Of a stretch of 64,000 bases of DNA, positions 54,615 to 64,000 are shown in pieces. Numbering within the stretch: the first letter of the stretch is position 1; the number at the start of each line of letters is the position of its first letter. The position numbers and the translations under genes were made by a program. The DNA is from an uncultured bacterium (GTDB lineage: Bacteria; Lernaellota; Lernaellaia; Lernaellales; Lernaellaceae), in NCBI GenBank assembly GCA_964534375.1, contig CAZHPN010000002.1, positions 2,276-66,275 on the forward strand, written 5' to 3'. Under the pieces are notes generated by a model. It was not told where the DNA came from. It made no database searches and was given only the letters and a program-made list of their open reading frames with translations.

Positions 54615-55665
54615 GGTCTTCCTTCAACGAAGCGCCCTCGGCGATTTTTGCGATGAGGGCGGGGTAGGGCAGGCCGGCCGAGCGCGCCGCAATGGCCAGG
54701 CCCGCTTCGCAATCCAAATCGTTGTTCGGGTTGACGTCGATCACCCGCGGCCGGCCGTCGGCGCCCAGGCGCATGTCGACGCGGCCGTAGCTCGCGCCGC
54801 CCAGCGCCAGGAACGCCGCGCGGGCGACGCGCCGGACCTCGCGCAGCAGCGGCGGCGGCAGGCGATCGGCGCACGGCTGCGAGAACGCGTTGAACTCGGG
54901 CGTCTCCGGCAGCCATTTGCAGTTGTAGGTGACGATCCGCGCGAGGTCCGGCGTGTACGACGAGAAATCGATCTCGGTCGGCACGATCTCGCCCGTGAAC
55001 GGATCGGGGAAAATCGCGACGTTGATTTCGCGCCCCGGCAGATAGTCTTCCACCAGCGCCGGGCCGAGCCCCGAATCGAGCAGCCACGCGACCCGCCGCC
55101 GCAGCGCGTCCGCGTCAGCGACGATCGAGCCCTGATCGATGCCGATCGAGGCGTCGGACCGCGCCGGTTTGACGAACGCCGGAAAGCGCACGCAGGCCGC
55201 CGCGCCGTCGCACAATTCGCCGGCTGCGAACACGGTCAAACCCTGCGGGATCGGAATGCAATGCGCGGCCAGCAGCTTCTTGGCGACGTCTTTGGCGAGC
55301 GCCAGGCGCAGCACGAGCGGCGGATTGCCGGTGTACGGCACGCCCAGCCGTTCGAGCAGCGCCGGCAACTCCTGTTCGCGCGTGCAATCGTTGCCGAGCG
55401 ATTCGACGAGGTTGAAGACCGCGTCGGCGCCCCATTCGCGCAGGCGCGCGGGGATCTCGGCCAGCGAATCGGCGACGGGGATCAGCGAGCTTTCCCAACC
55501 GGCGTCGCGCAGGATCGCGGCGATATTTTCCGCGGTTTTCGCGACCTCGGAATCGGCTTCCAGCGACGAGGCTTTGCCGTCGCCGGCGGCGTCGCGCGAG
55601 GCGAAATCCACGTTGTAAATGACGGCGATGCGTCGCGTGCCGCCGTGGCCGGAGGCGGAGTTCAT
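54559..55665 (-). CDS. ATP-grasp enzyme, D-alanine--D-alanine ligase family
   Basis: ATG (cat at 55663-55665). RIAVIYNVD N-domain. ATP-grasp C-terminus YGRVDMRL...VIDVNPNND. Confidence 0.75.
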   Translation of the reverse strand: MNSASGHGGTRRIAVIYNVDFASRDAAGDGKASSLEADSEVAKTAENIAAILRDAGWESSLIPVADSLAEIPARLREWGADAVFNLVESLGNDCTREQELPALLERLGVPYTGNPPLVLRLALAKDVAKKLLAAHCIPIPQGLTVFAAGELCDGAAACVRFPAFVKPARSDASIGIDQGSIVADADALRRRVAWLLDSGLGPALVEDYLPGREINVAIFPDPFTGEIVPTEIDFSSYTPDLARIVTYNCKWLPETPEFNAFSQPCADRLPPPLLREVRRVARAAFLALGGASYGRVDMRLGADGRPRVIDVNPNNDLDCEAGLAIAARSAGLPYPALIAKIAEGASLKEDHVSSTAAAAGSRFAGRAD

Positions 55666-55816
55666 CGCGACCCTCTCTCTATTTGCAATGGCGTTGCCCG
55701 CACCCGAAATTTGCCGCGCTCCCCGAACGGCGTCTATGGTAAATAACGCCACGAAAGTGTCAAGGAGAATCCACCGGCCAGCGGCAAATTGCGGCCTGCC
55801 GGGCCTTTCAATGCCC

Positions 55817-55907
55817 AGTTACAAGTTACGAGTTACGAATTACGAGTTACGAGTTACACGGCGCCCGCAACTCGTAATTCGTAACTCGTAATTCGCAACT
55901 CGTAACG
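55817..55907. repeat. Divergent-promoter-region inverted array of GTTACGA(G/A) heptamer repeats
   Basis: agttacaagttacgagttacgaattacgagttacgagttac, a 12-nt GC-rich loop, then caactcgtaattcgtaactcgtaattcgcaactcgtaac. It lies between the divergent ATP-grasp (-) and GT2 (+) genes. Confidence 0.6.
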
Positions 55908-55949
55908 TCGCCGCTTGTCGAGCGCGTCGCGCCCGTGTAGGTTTTCGAC

Positions 55950-57113
55950 ATGATCCTGCTCAAAATTTTGCTAGTCGCGTATTTCGCCGCCGGCTTTCTG
56001 TACTGGGCCGCGCAATTCTATTTCGTGGCGAGGACCATTCGCGCCGTTCCCAACCTGGCCGATTTGCCCGCCGACGGCCCGCAGGAATGGCCGAAGGTTT
56101 CCGTCGTGCTGCCGGCGCGCAACGAAGGCGCGGCCGTCGAAACGGCGTTGCTGACGCGCCTGGCGGAAGATTATCCCAATTTGGAGCTGATCGTCGTCGA
56201 CGACCGCTCGACCGACGAAACCGGCGCGATAGTCGATCGCATCGCCGCCCGCGACCCGCGTGCGCAGGCCGTGCACATCACGGATCTGCCCGAGGGTTGG
56301 ATCGGCAAACTGAACGCGATGCAGCAAGGCGCGGCGCGCGCGACCGGCGAGTGGCTGCTGTTCAGCGACGCCGACGTGCGCGTCAGCCCGACGGCGCTGC
56401 GGCGGGCAATCGCGTATTGTCACGCGCGCGGTTTCGATCATCTCGCCGCCGTGCCCGAATTGCTGCCGACCGGTTTTGTCCTCGACACGGCCATTTCGGT
56501 TTTCGTGCGCACGATCTGCATCGCCGTGCGCCTTTGGGCGATCGAGGACGAAAAATCGAAAGCCTCCGCGGGGGCCGGCGCGTTCAACCTCGTGCGGCGC
56601 AGCGTCTTCGAAAAAATCGGCGGCTTCGAGCGGTTGAAAATGGAGCCGGCCGACGACGTCGGGCTGGGGCAACTGCTCAAGGCATCGGGCGCGCGGGCGA
56701 CGGCGGTCAACGGCCGCGGCGCGGTCAGCGTCTATTTTTACCGCACGCTGTGGGCCGCGGCGGTCGGCGCCGAACGCGCGATCTTCACCGCGATGGGGCG
56801 TTTCAGCATGTGGCGGACGATCGCCTCGGGACTGCTTTTCCTCGGTCTGGAAATGTCGCCGCTGGCGCTCACGTTTTGTTGGTTCTGGCCGGGCGCCGCC
56901 TTTCTCGCGGCGACCAGCGCCCTGAGTGCGACGGTCGCCCGCTGGGCCGATCGCCCGCTGCTGCCGTCGCTTTTCTATCCAATCGGCTCCCTGCTGATGG
57001 CGATCGCCATCGTTCGCGCCGGCATCGTCGGCGGCTGGCGCGGCGGCATCTATTGGCGCGGCACGTTTTATTCGACGGAAGCTCTGCGCAAAGGGCACTT
57101 TTTTCACTTTTGA
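55950..57113 (+). CDS. Family 2 glycosyltransferase (membrane-embedded, HpnI/ceramide-glucosyltransferase-like)
   Basis: ATG at 55950. GT-A motifs VVLPARNE, DDRSTDET, FSDADV. TM helices at both termini. Confidence 0.8.
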   Translation: MILLKILLVAYFAAGFLYWAAQFYFVARTIRAVPNLADLPADGPQEWPKVSVVLPARNEGAAVETALLTRLAEDYPNLELIVVDDRSTDETGAIVDRIAARDPRAQAVHITDLPEGWIGKLNAMQQGAARATGEWLLFSDADVRVSPTALRRAIAYCHARGFDHLAAVPELLPTGFVLDTAISVFVRTICIAVRLWAIEDEKSKASAGAGAFNLVRRSVFEKIGGFERLKMEPADDVGLGQLLKASGARATAVNGRGAVSVYFYRTLWAAAVGAERAIFTAMGRFSMWRTIASGLLFLGLEMSPLALTFCWFWPGAAFLAATSALSATVARWADRPLLPSLFYPIGSLLMAIAIVRAGIVGGWRGGIYWRGTFYSTEALRKGHFFHF

Positions 57114-57126
57114 ACAAGGACCGTTC

Positions 57127-57828
57127 GTGACTCGAACTCGACCGATCGTCGCCATCGACGGGCCCTCCGGCGCCGGCAAAAGCACAATCGGCAAGTTGCT
57201 TGCGCAACGGCTGGGCTTCCTGTACCTCGACACGGGCGCCATGTACCGCTGCGTCGGCCTGCTGGCGTTGCGGCGCGGCGTCGCGGTTGATGATGAAGCC
57301 GCGCTGGCGCCGCTGCTCGGCGACCTGCGCGTCGATTTCGCTCCCGACGGCCGCGGCGGGCAACGCGTCATTTGCAACGGCGAAGACGTCACCGACGCGA
57401 TCCGCCGCCACGAGGTGAGCGGCGCCGCCAGCCGGGCGAGCGCGGCGCCGGCCGTGCGCGCGAAACTGGTGGCCATGCAGCGCGAACTGGCCGCGGCGGG
57501 CGGCGTTGTCATGGAGGGCCGCGACATCGGCACGAACGTCTTTCCCGACGCCGAGGTCAAATTTTTTCTGACCGCCACTGCCGCGGAGCGCGCCCGCCGC
57601 CGCACGCTGGAACTGGCCGGCCGCGGCCAGCCCGCCGATTTCGCCGCGGTGCTCGCCGAACAACTCGACCGCGACCGCCGCGACAGCGCCCGCGAATTGA
57701 ACCCGCTGATCCAGGCCCCCGACGCCGTGCTTGTCGACGCGACGAACATGACGATCGACGAAGTAGTGGATCACATGGCGCGGCTGGCCTGCGGCGAACA
57801 TCCGTGCGGGGGCGCATGGCAGTTGTAA
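57127..57828 (+). CDS. cmk: Cytidylate kinase
   Basis: GTG start. P-loop IAIDGPSGAGKST. YLDTGAMYR motif. Confidence 0.85.
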   Translation: MTRTRPIVAIDGPSGAGKSTIGKLLAQRLGFLYLDTGAMYRCVGLLALRRGVAVDDEAALAPLLGDLRVDFAPDGRGGQRVICNGEDVTDAIRRHEVSGAASRASAAPAVRAKLVAMQRELAAAGGVVMEGRDIGTNVFPDAEVKFFLTATAAERARRRTLELAGRGQPADFAAVLAEQLDRDRRDSARELNPLIQAPDAVLVDATNMTIDEVVDHMARLACGEHPCGGAWQL

Positions 57829-58032
57829 GAGCGCCCTTTTGGGCGCGATCCGGATGAGGCGGCACAGCAAGCCGTGCCCCTGCCGCCGGCATCCCGCCCG
57901 GGACGATACGCCATACGCGCGTGGCTTTGCGACCAGCGCTGCCGGCTTCTGACTTCTGACTTCCGGCTCCTGGCAACCGCGCTCCGATTATGTTAATTAT
58001 TGCCCATCGAGGCGAATACCGGAAAGGGCACG

Positions 58033-58725
58033 ATGGCGGGCGCGGACCGGCGACTGTCGTTTGTTTGGCTGGGATTGCTGGAGTTGCTGGCGATCACCGC
58101 GACGACCTTGCTCTATGTGCTGGGCGTGCTGAGGTTCGTCCCGTTTCTCGGCGCGTTGCTCGGCGGCGTGGTCGCGGCGGCCGGGTTGTTCGTTGGCGCC
58201 TATGTTCTGCTCGCGCGTCGCGACACGTCCCGCCGGAGCCGCGGGCCCCGGATCGAGACGGTCCGCGCCGACAACGGCCCGGCGCAGGCCGACGAATACA
58301 TGAATCTCGGTCGTCAGCTATTGAACGAGCAGCGCTTTGACGAGGCCGCGCGGATGTTCGAAGACGTCGTCAGCCGCAACGCGCGCAACTGGCAGGCTTA
58401 CAATTATCTCGGCCGCGCCTGCGCGGGCATGGGCCTGTACGACGAGGCGAAGCAGGCGTACGAGCAGGCCATCGGGCTGGAATTCAATTATGCGAGCGCT
58501 CACTTCAACCTGGCGGCCGTGTTCGAAAAGCTGGACCAGCCGGATAAAGCGCTGGACCGCTGGCGGCAATATCTCGAAATCGGCCAGACGATCGGCGAAA
58601 AGCCGGAGTGGCTCGACCACGCGCGGGAACGCATCGCCGAAATCGAGCGCCGTTTGGGCCGGCGGACGGACGACGATCCGTGGGACGACGACGCCGGCCC
58701 GGCCGACGACGGGGACAAATCGTGA
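58033..58725 (+). CDS. TPR-repeat membrane protein
   Basis: ATG at 58033. Two TM helices, then three TPR-like repeats (WQAYNYLGRACAGMGLYDEA...), then an acidic tail. Confidence 0.6.
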   Translation: MAGADRRLSFVWLGLLELLAITATTLLYVLGVLRFVPFLGALLGGVVAAAGLFVGAYVLLARRDTSRRSRGPRIETVRADNGPAQADEYMNLGRQLLNEQRFDEAARMFEDVVSRNARNWQAYNYLGRACAGMGLYDEAKQAYEQAIGLEFNYASAHFNLAAVFEKLDQPDKALDRWRQYLEIGQTIGEKPEWLDHARERIAEIERRLGRRTDDDPWDDDAGPADDGDKS

Positions 58726-59477
58726 ACGATTTCGATCGCGCCGCCGACCTGCTGCGCGGGGCCAAGTGGCCGATCGCACTGACCGGCGCCGGCATCAGCG
58801 TCGAGTCGGGGATTCCGGATTTCCGCAGCCCGGGAGGCTTGTGGGAACGATTCGATCCGATGGAGTACGCCACGATCGACGCCTTCCGCGGCAACCCGGT
58901 CAAGGTCTGGAACATGCTGCGCGAGATGAGCGCCGTGGTGCGCGAGGCGCGGCCGAACCGCGCGCATTACGCCATGGCCGAGTTCGAGGCGATGGGCCGG
59001 CTCAAGGCGATCGTGACGCAGAACATCGACGACATGCACCAGAAGGCCGGCTCGAAGCGGGTCATCGAATTTCACGGCAATGTCCGCAAGCTGGTCTGCC
59101 TGTTCTGCCACCGCGAATTCGCGGCCGGCGCCGTGGAAGAGCAGGCGGCCGCCGCCGCCGAATTTCCGCCCCGCTGCCCAAACGACGGCCACATCCTCAA
59201 ACCGAACGTCGTCTTTTTCGGCGAGGCGATTCCGGTCAAGGCGTCGATCGAGGCGGACCAGGAGGCGCGGAAGTGCGACCTGATCCTGGTCGTCGGCACC
59301 AGCGCCACCGTGTACCCGGCGAGCAGCATTCCGCTCGTCGCGCGGGAAGGCGGGGCGAAGGTCATCGAGATCAACCTCGCGGAAACGGGCCTGACGCATT
59401 ACGTCGCCGACCTGTCGCTGCTGGGCTCGGCGGGCGACATCCTGCCGCAGTTGGCGGAACGCCTGCGCACATATTGA
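58722..59477 (+). CDS. cobB: NAD-dependent protein deacylase, Sir2 family
   Basis: GTG at 58722 overlaps the TPR gene stop (GTGA). Motifs GAGISVESGIPDFRS and QNIDDMH. Zn-binding cysteines CLFC...C. Confidence 0.85.
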   Translation: MNDFDRAADLLRGAKWPIALTGAGISVESGIPDFRSPGGLWERFDPMEYATIDAFRGNPVKVWNMLREMSAVVREARPNRAHYAMAEFEAMGRLKAIVTQNIDDMHQKAGSKRVIEFHGNVRKLVCLFCHREFAAGAVEEQAAAAAEFPPRCPNDGHILKPNVVFFGEAIPVKASIEADQEARKCDLILVVGTSATVYPASSIPLVAREGGAKVIEINLAETGLTHYVADLSLLGSAGDILPQLAERLRTY

Positions 59478-59538
59478 GCGCCGACGCGGCTGGTCGCGCC
59501 GGCGATCCAACTTATATTGCCAACGGAGGTCAGGGCCG

Positions 59539-60090
59539 ATGGAGTTTTACGAGTCGCTGCAAAAGCGGCGCAGCACGCGCAAGTACCAGGAACTGATCAT
59601 CCCGGAGGACGTGCTGCAGCGCGTTTTTGAGGCCGCGCGCCGGGCGCCGAGTTGGGCCAACTCGCAGGCGGTCCGCTGGGTCGTCGTGCGCGACTGGAAG
59701 ACGAAGTCGCGCCTCGCCGCCACGCTGTCGCCGGGCAACCCGTCCACCGAAGCGATCACCAAGGCGCCGGTGGTGCTGGCCCTCTGTTACATTCGCAATC
59801 GGTCGGGCTTCTACAAGGGCAAACCGTCGACGCCGCTGGGCGACTGGGGCATGTTCGACGCCGGCCTTGCGGCGGCGAACCTGACCTTGGCGGCGGCGGC
59901 GGAAGGGCTGGGCACGGTGCACGTCGGCGCGATCGACATCGCGGCGGCCGCGCGCGAACTGAACGTGCCCGACGACGTCCAACTGGTCGAACTGATTCCG
60001 CTCGGCTACCCGGCGCAGGAGCCGACGCCGACCAACCGCCTGGACCTCGCGAAAATCATGTTCGCCGACGAATACCGGAGAAACGAATAA
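59539..60090 (+). CDS. Nitroreductase-family protein
   Basis: ATG behind GGAGGT. RRSTRKY and the ...SWANSQ... pattern mark the FMN-dependent nitroreductase fold. Confidence 0.8.
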   Translation: MEFYESLQKRRSTRKYQELIIPEDVLQRVFEAARRAPSWANSQAVRWVVVRDWKTKSRLAATLSPGNPSTEAITKAPVVLALCYIRNRSGFYKGKPSTPLGDWGMFDAGLAAANLTLAAAAEGLGTVHVGAIDIAAAARELNVPDDVQLVELIPLGYPAQEPTPTNRLDLAKIMFADEYRRNE

Positions 60091-61451
60091 TGTTGCGGTT
60101 CGATTGCACGCACGCTTTCGCGACCGGGGTGAGCCGAAAAGACCTGACCGCGCTGCGGGGCGACCTGAAGCGCACGCAGAAAAAGCTCCAAGGCGACCGG
60201 GCCGCCGGCGCGCTGGGTTTCGCCGATCTGCCGGGCGATCGCCGGTTGCTCGCCGCCGTCAAGAAAACGGCCGCGGCCCATCGGCGCGGCGTCAAAACCG
60301 TTGTGGTGCTGGGCATCGGCGGCAGCGCCCTGGGTTTCACGGCGCTGCACGAGGCGCTGGCGCACGCGCGCCGCGCGCCGGCCGGCGGGCGCCCCGCGTT
60401 CCATGTGCTGGACAACATCGACCCGGAGTTCGTCGCCGCCGCGCTCGACGCGCTGGACCCGCGCACCACGCTCGTCAATGTCATCACCAAATCCGGCTCG
60501 ACGGCCGAGACGATCGGCCAGTTCCTCATTTTCTTCGACCTCTTCGCGAAGAAGCTCGGCCGCCGCCAAGCCGTGCGCCGTTTCGTGCTGACGACCGATC
60601 CGGCCAAAGGGCCGCTGCGGCAGTTGGCCGAGAAGGAAGGCTTCGCCACATTGCCGGTTCCCGAAAATGTCGGCGGGCGCTATTCGGCGCTGACGCCCGT
60701 CGGCTTGTTTCCGGCGGCGCTCGCGGGCCTCAACATCGACGCGCTGCAGCGGGGCGCCGGGGCCGCGTTGGCGGCCGGCTTGTACGGCGATGCGGCGAGC
60801 GCGCCGCTGCTCGGCGCCGGGCTGCACCTGCTGCACTATCGGCACGGCCGCGTCATGGCCGTGATGATGCCCTATGCGAACTCGCTGTTTCGCGTCGCCG
60901 ATTGGTTCCGCCAGCTTTGGGCCGAAAGCCTCGGCAAGGCGGCCGACCGCGCGGGCCGCGCGGTGCACGTCGGGCCGACGCCCGTGGCGGCGCTGGGCGC
61001 AACCGACCAACACAGCCAAGTGCAGCTCTACGCCCAGGGCCCCGACGACAAGTTTTACACGTTCCTGCGCGTCGACAAGTTGCGCCGCGATTTGCGATAT
61101 CCGGCCAGCCCCTGGCCCGACGAGGCCTTCACCTATTTTCGCGGCCGCACGATGCAGCAGTTGCTCGACGCCGAGGCCGAGGCGACGCGGTTCGCGCTGT
61201 CCGCCGTCGGCCGCCCCAGCGCGACGATCTACCTGCCGCGCGTCGATGAAGAGGCGCTTGGCCGCCTGCTGATGCACCTCGAACTCCAGACCGCCGCCGT
61301 CGGCGACCTGCTGCAGATCAACGCCTTCGACCAACCGGGCGTCGAGGCCGGGAAGCGCTATGCCTTCGGACTCTTCGGCCGCGCCGGCTATGAGAAGGAG
61401 GCCGCGGCGATCGGCAGGGGCGCCGGCAAACCGCTGGTCGTCGAGGGTTAG
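60090..61451 (+). CDS. pgi: Glucose-6-phosphate isomerase (short bacterial/archaeal type)
   Basis: ATG overlaps the upstream TAA (ATAATG). Motifs LGIGGSALG, GGRYSALT and ATDQHSQVQLY. Confidence 0.8.
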   Translation: MLRFDCTHAFATGVSRKDLTALRGDLKRTQKKLQGDRAAGALGFADLPGDRRLLAAVKKTAAAHRRGVKTVVVLGIGGSALGFTALHEALAHARRAPAGGRPAFHVLDNIDPEFVAAALDALDPRTTLVNVITKSGSTAETIGQFLIFFDLFAKKLGRRQAVRRFVLTTDPAKGPLRQLAEKEGFATLPVPENVGGRYSALTPVGLFPAALAGLNIDALQRGAGAALAAGLYGDAASAPLLGAGLHLLHYRHGRVMAVMMPYANSLFRVADWFRQLWAESLGKAADRAGRAVHVGPTPVAALGATDQHSQVQLYAQGPDDKFYTFLRVDKLRRDLRYPASPWPDEAFTYFRGRTMQQLLDAEAEATRFALSAVGRPSATIYLPRVDEEALGRLLMHLELQTAAVGDLLQINAFDQPGVEAGKRYAFGLFGRAGYEKEAAAIGRGAGKPLVVEG

Positions 61452-61455
61452 GCGC

Positions 61456-62271
61456 GTGCGGGTGCTCGCCGTCGCCGATCTGCACGGCGCGCACCGCCGT
61501 CTGGCGAAAGTTCTCCGGCCCGACGACGTGCTGCTCAGCCTCGGCGACCACGTCAACGTGCTGGATTACAAAGACCTCTCGGGCTTGCTCGCCGGCTTCG
61601 TCTCGCACGACGCGATCGCCGAAACGCTGGCCGCTATCCAGGCGGGCGATCGCCCCGCCGCGCGCCGGCGCATGGCGGCGGCCGCCGGCTCCGTGCCGGG
61701 GCTGTTCGGGAAAATCCACGACGCCGCGGTGGAAACGTATCGCGACCTAGCCGCAGCGGTGCCGTGTCGCGCCTATTTCATCTACGGCAACGTCGATTTC
61801 CCCGACACGATGGCGACATTCCTCGGCGGCGAACGGCGGTTGTGCATCGCCGAGACGGTGGAAATCGCCGGCCGGCGGTTCGGCCTGGTCAGCGGGCATC
61901 CGCCGGGGCCGTACTCGTTCGGCATGCCGGGCGAGGTGAGCAAAGCCGAGTTCGCGCAGCGCCTGCATGCGCTCGGCGCCGTCGACGCGCTCTGCGTGCA
62001 TTCGCCGCCCGATATCCCCGACATGACGTATGACATCGCGGCCGGTCGCGACGAAGAGGGCAGTCCCGACACGCTATATTACGCCCGGCTGCACCGCCCG
62101 CGGCTCGTGCTGTTCGGGCACGTGCACCAGCCGAAGCTCGCCGAGACCGTCGAACACCCCGATTCCGAGGCGCCGGTGCGCTATCTCAATATCGGCTGCT
62201 TTCGCGACACGGGCCGCTTGCTCGAAATCGATCCGCAAACCTGGGAGACGCGGTGGCTGACGGCGGATTGA
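61456..62271 (+). CDS. Metallophosphoesterase (calcineurin-like)
   Basis: Starts GTG with VLAVADLHG. Further motifs GDHVN and GHVH. Confidence 0.6.
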   Translation: MRVLAVADLHGAHRRLAKVLRPDDVLLSLGDHVNVLDYKDLSGLLAGFVSHDAIAETLAAIQAGDRPAARRRMAAAAGSVPGLFGKIHDAAVETYRDLAAAVPCRAYFIYGNVDFPDTMATFLGGERRLCIAETVEIAGRRFGLVSGHPPGPYSFGMPGEVSKAEFAQRLHALGAVDALCVHSPPDIPDMTYDIAAGRDEEGSPDTLYYARLHRPRLVLFGHVHQPKLAETVEHPDSEAPVRYLNIGCFRDTGRLLEIDPQTWETRWLTAD

Positions 62272-62279
62272 AAGGCGGC

Positions 62280-63719
62280 ATGACCTGGGCCGAACTGGCG
62301 CGGGTCGCGGCGTATTTGCAACAGGAATTGACCGGCGGGCACGTGCAGAAGATCCGCCAGCCGCGCGCCGACGCCGTGGTGCTCGAATGCCGGGGCCGCG
62401 GGCAAAGCCACTGGCTGCGCTTTTCGGCGCACCCGCGATTCTGCCGCGCCGTCGTCGAAAGCGACAAGCCCGACGAGGTCTCCGAGGCGTCGCCGTTCTG
62501 CATGCTGCTGCGCAAGCGGCTGGCCGGCGGGGTGATCGCCGAGATCGCGCTCGATCCGACCGACCGCGTGGTCACCGTGGCCGTGCTGAAGATCAACGAC
62601 GAACGCCAAGCCGAACTCTGGACGCTGGTCGCGGAACTCTTCGGTCCGCAAAGCAACCTCTTGCTGCTCGACCCCGCCGGCGCGCTCGTCGAATCGTTGC
62701 TCGACAAACGCCTGCCCAGCCGCAACTTGCGGCCGGGCGAACCGTACGCGCCGCCGGCGCAGGCGGGCCAGCGCGGCGCGCTCGATCGCGGGCTGCCGGT
62801 CGGGGAAATGGCCGCCGCGTTTGCGCAGGCCGAAGCCGAGTTCGAGACGACCACGCGCCGCGAACGCCTGGCCGGCGCGATCGGCCGCGAGCAAAAGCGG
62901 CTGCGGAAATTCGCGGACAAGCTGCGCGCCGAGTTGGCGACGTTGCCCGATCACGAACAACTGACGCTGCACGGTCAACTATTGCTGGCGCATTTGCACC
63001 GCGTGAAGAAGGGGCAAACGCTCGTGCGTTTGCCGGCCTGGGACGATCCGGGAAAAGCGGTCGAAATCCCGCTCGACCCGGCCCGCAACCCGGCCGACAA
63101 CGCCGACCGGATGTTCAAAAGCGCCCGGCGCAACCGTCGCAAACGGGAAGACCTGAGCGCGCGCCTGCGGGACGCGGAAGACCGCCTGCTCGAGCTCGAA
63201 GAAGCGGCGGCGCCGCTCGCGGCGGCGGGCGCCGAGGCCGAGTTCGCGGCGATCGAGGCCCGGCTGAGCGAATTGCACGTGGCGCTCGAACGGCCGCGGC
63301 AGGCCCCGCCGCGGCAGCGCGACGCCGCGCCGGCGGGCCCGGAGCCGTTCGTCAGCGCCGACGGCGCCCGAATCTTCGTCGGCCGCAGCGCGGAAGAAAA
63401 CGACCGCCTGACCTTCGCGGTCGCGCGCGGCAACGACTATTGGCTGCACGTCGAGGGCTCGCCCGGCAGCCACGTGGTCGTCAAATTGCCGCCGTCGGGC
63501 GAACTTTCGTCGGAGACGTTGCTCGACGCGGCCAGCCTTGCCGTGCTTCACAGTTCGCTGAAAACCTCGGGCGCTGGATCCGTGATGTACACGCGCCGCA
63601 AATTCCTCAAGAAGCCCAAGGCCGCAAAGGCCGGCTTGGTGTACGCTGGCGCGGCCAAATCGGTTTTCGTGCGGCTGGATGACGCCCGCGTCAAAAGATT
63701 ATACGATTCCCGGGACTAA
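62280..63719 (+). CDS. NFACT/FbpA-family protein with DUF814 (RqcH-like, short form)
   Basis: ATG at 62280 behind GAAAGG. N-terminal NFACT-N-like region, a coiled-coil middle, and C-terminal DUF814 (FVGRSAEENDRLT...DYWLHVEGSPGSHVVVK). Confidence 0.6.
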   Translation: MTWAELARVAAYLQQELTGGHVQKIRQPRADAVVLECRGRGQSHWLRFSAHPRFCRAVVESDKPDEVSEASPFCMLLRKRLAGGVIAEIALDPTDRVVTVAVLKINDERQAELWTLVAELFGPQSNLLLLDPAGALVESLLDKRLPSRNLRPGEPYAPPAQAGQRGALDRGLPVGEMAAAFAQAEAEFETTTRRERLAGAIGREQKRLRKFADKLRAELATLPDHEQLTLHGQLLLAHLHRVKKGQTLVRLPAWDDPGKAVEIPLDPARNPADNADRMFKSARRNRRKREDLSARLRDAEDRLLELEEAAAPLAAAGAEAEFAAIEARLSELHVALERPRQAPPRQRDAAPAGPEPFVSADGARIFVGRSAEENDRLTFAVARGNDYWLHVEGSPGSHVVVKLPPSGELSSETLLDAASLAVLHSSLKTSGAGSVMYTRRKFLKKPKAAKAGLVYAGAAKSVFVRLDDARVKRLYDSRD

Positions 63720-64000
63720 TCGCTGTTCCGGATGGGCGTGACGTTCGACCCCGCGAGGGCAATCATAAATAGGATGGGTGGGCTGGATCAACCGCCGGTA
63801 GCGCCAGCCGATCGGCTGCGCCAGAACGTTCGACGTCGACCGGCAACATTGGATCAGCAAAAGCTCGTGGGGCACGTCGCGGGGCGAAAAAGGGATCTTC
63901 CGCATGCGTTGGGGCGCCACGGAGATCGGTCTGTTCACGATCCCGCCGCACTAGCCGCCCCCGGCCGACGGTGATGACCACGACGACGACGACAACGACG

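Overview
This is a high-GC (about 68-70%) bacterial chromosomal window, densely coded on both strands. Nothing in it looks like rRNA, tRNA, CRISPR or a transposase. The lipoprotein-rich, Cys-repeat and DUF4388 content, plus Asp-rich acidic linkers placed just after lipoboxes, suggest a Myxococcota/deltaproteobacterial-like lineage; this is inference.

Recognisable housekeeping content:
- A PPi-centred sugar-phosphate module: two PPi-type phosphofructokinases (GGDD motif), an H+-translocating pyrophosphatase and a short-type glucose-6-phosphate isomerase.
- An amino-sugar pair (NagB-like deaminase and GlmM), with a stand-alone DUF1016/YhcG-type PD-(D/E)xK nuclease inserted next to them.
- NadB, PgsA, a lytic transglycosylase and an HtrA protease.
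- A beta-oxidation-like cluster: FadD-like ligase, acyl-CoA dehydrogenase, DUF35 Zn-ribbon protein plus SCP-x-type thiolase, and enoyl-CoA hydratase.
- Cmk, a sirtuin, a nitroreductase and a metallophosphoesterase.
- Two MFS transporters and an RCK-gated K+ channel with a non-canonical filter.

The accessory content is the most interesting part:
- A family of exported lipoproteins shares one architecture: lipobox, then a long poly-Asp low-complexity linker (DDDxSP/DDDND repeats), then a repeat domain. The repeat domain is a beta-propeller in two of them and a 1084-aa Cys-rich repeat array in the third.
- Interleaved with the two minus-strand members are three paralogs of a beta-barrel-like lipoprotein, one of which is frameshifted.
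- A separately transcribed gene encodes an 80-aa acidic secreted peptide carrying the same DDDxSP motif. It has a near-consensus sigma70 promoter, a strong SD and terminators on both sides.
- A tandem pair of large paralogs combines a DUF4388/PATAN-like domain with a degenerate (HPD-less) J-domain and a helical/TPR-like tail. Each copy sits behind the same TTTCGTGYTACAAT promoter-like box.
- Several intergenic hairpin elements are built from mirrored tandem 6-9-nt repeats.
- A REP-like palindrome cluster lies between two convergent genes.

I consider the acidic-linker lipoprotein/peptide family and the PATAN plus J-like tandem module the best candidates for an undescribed system.
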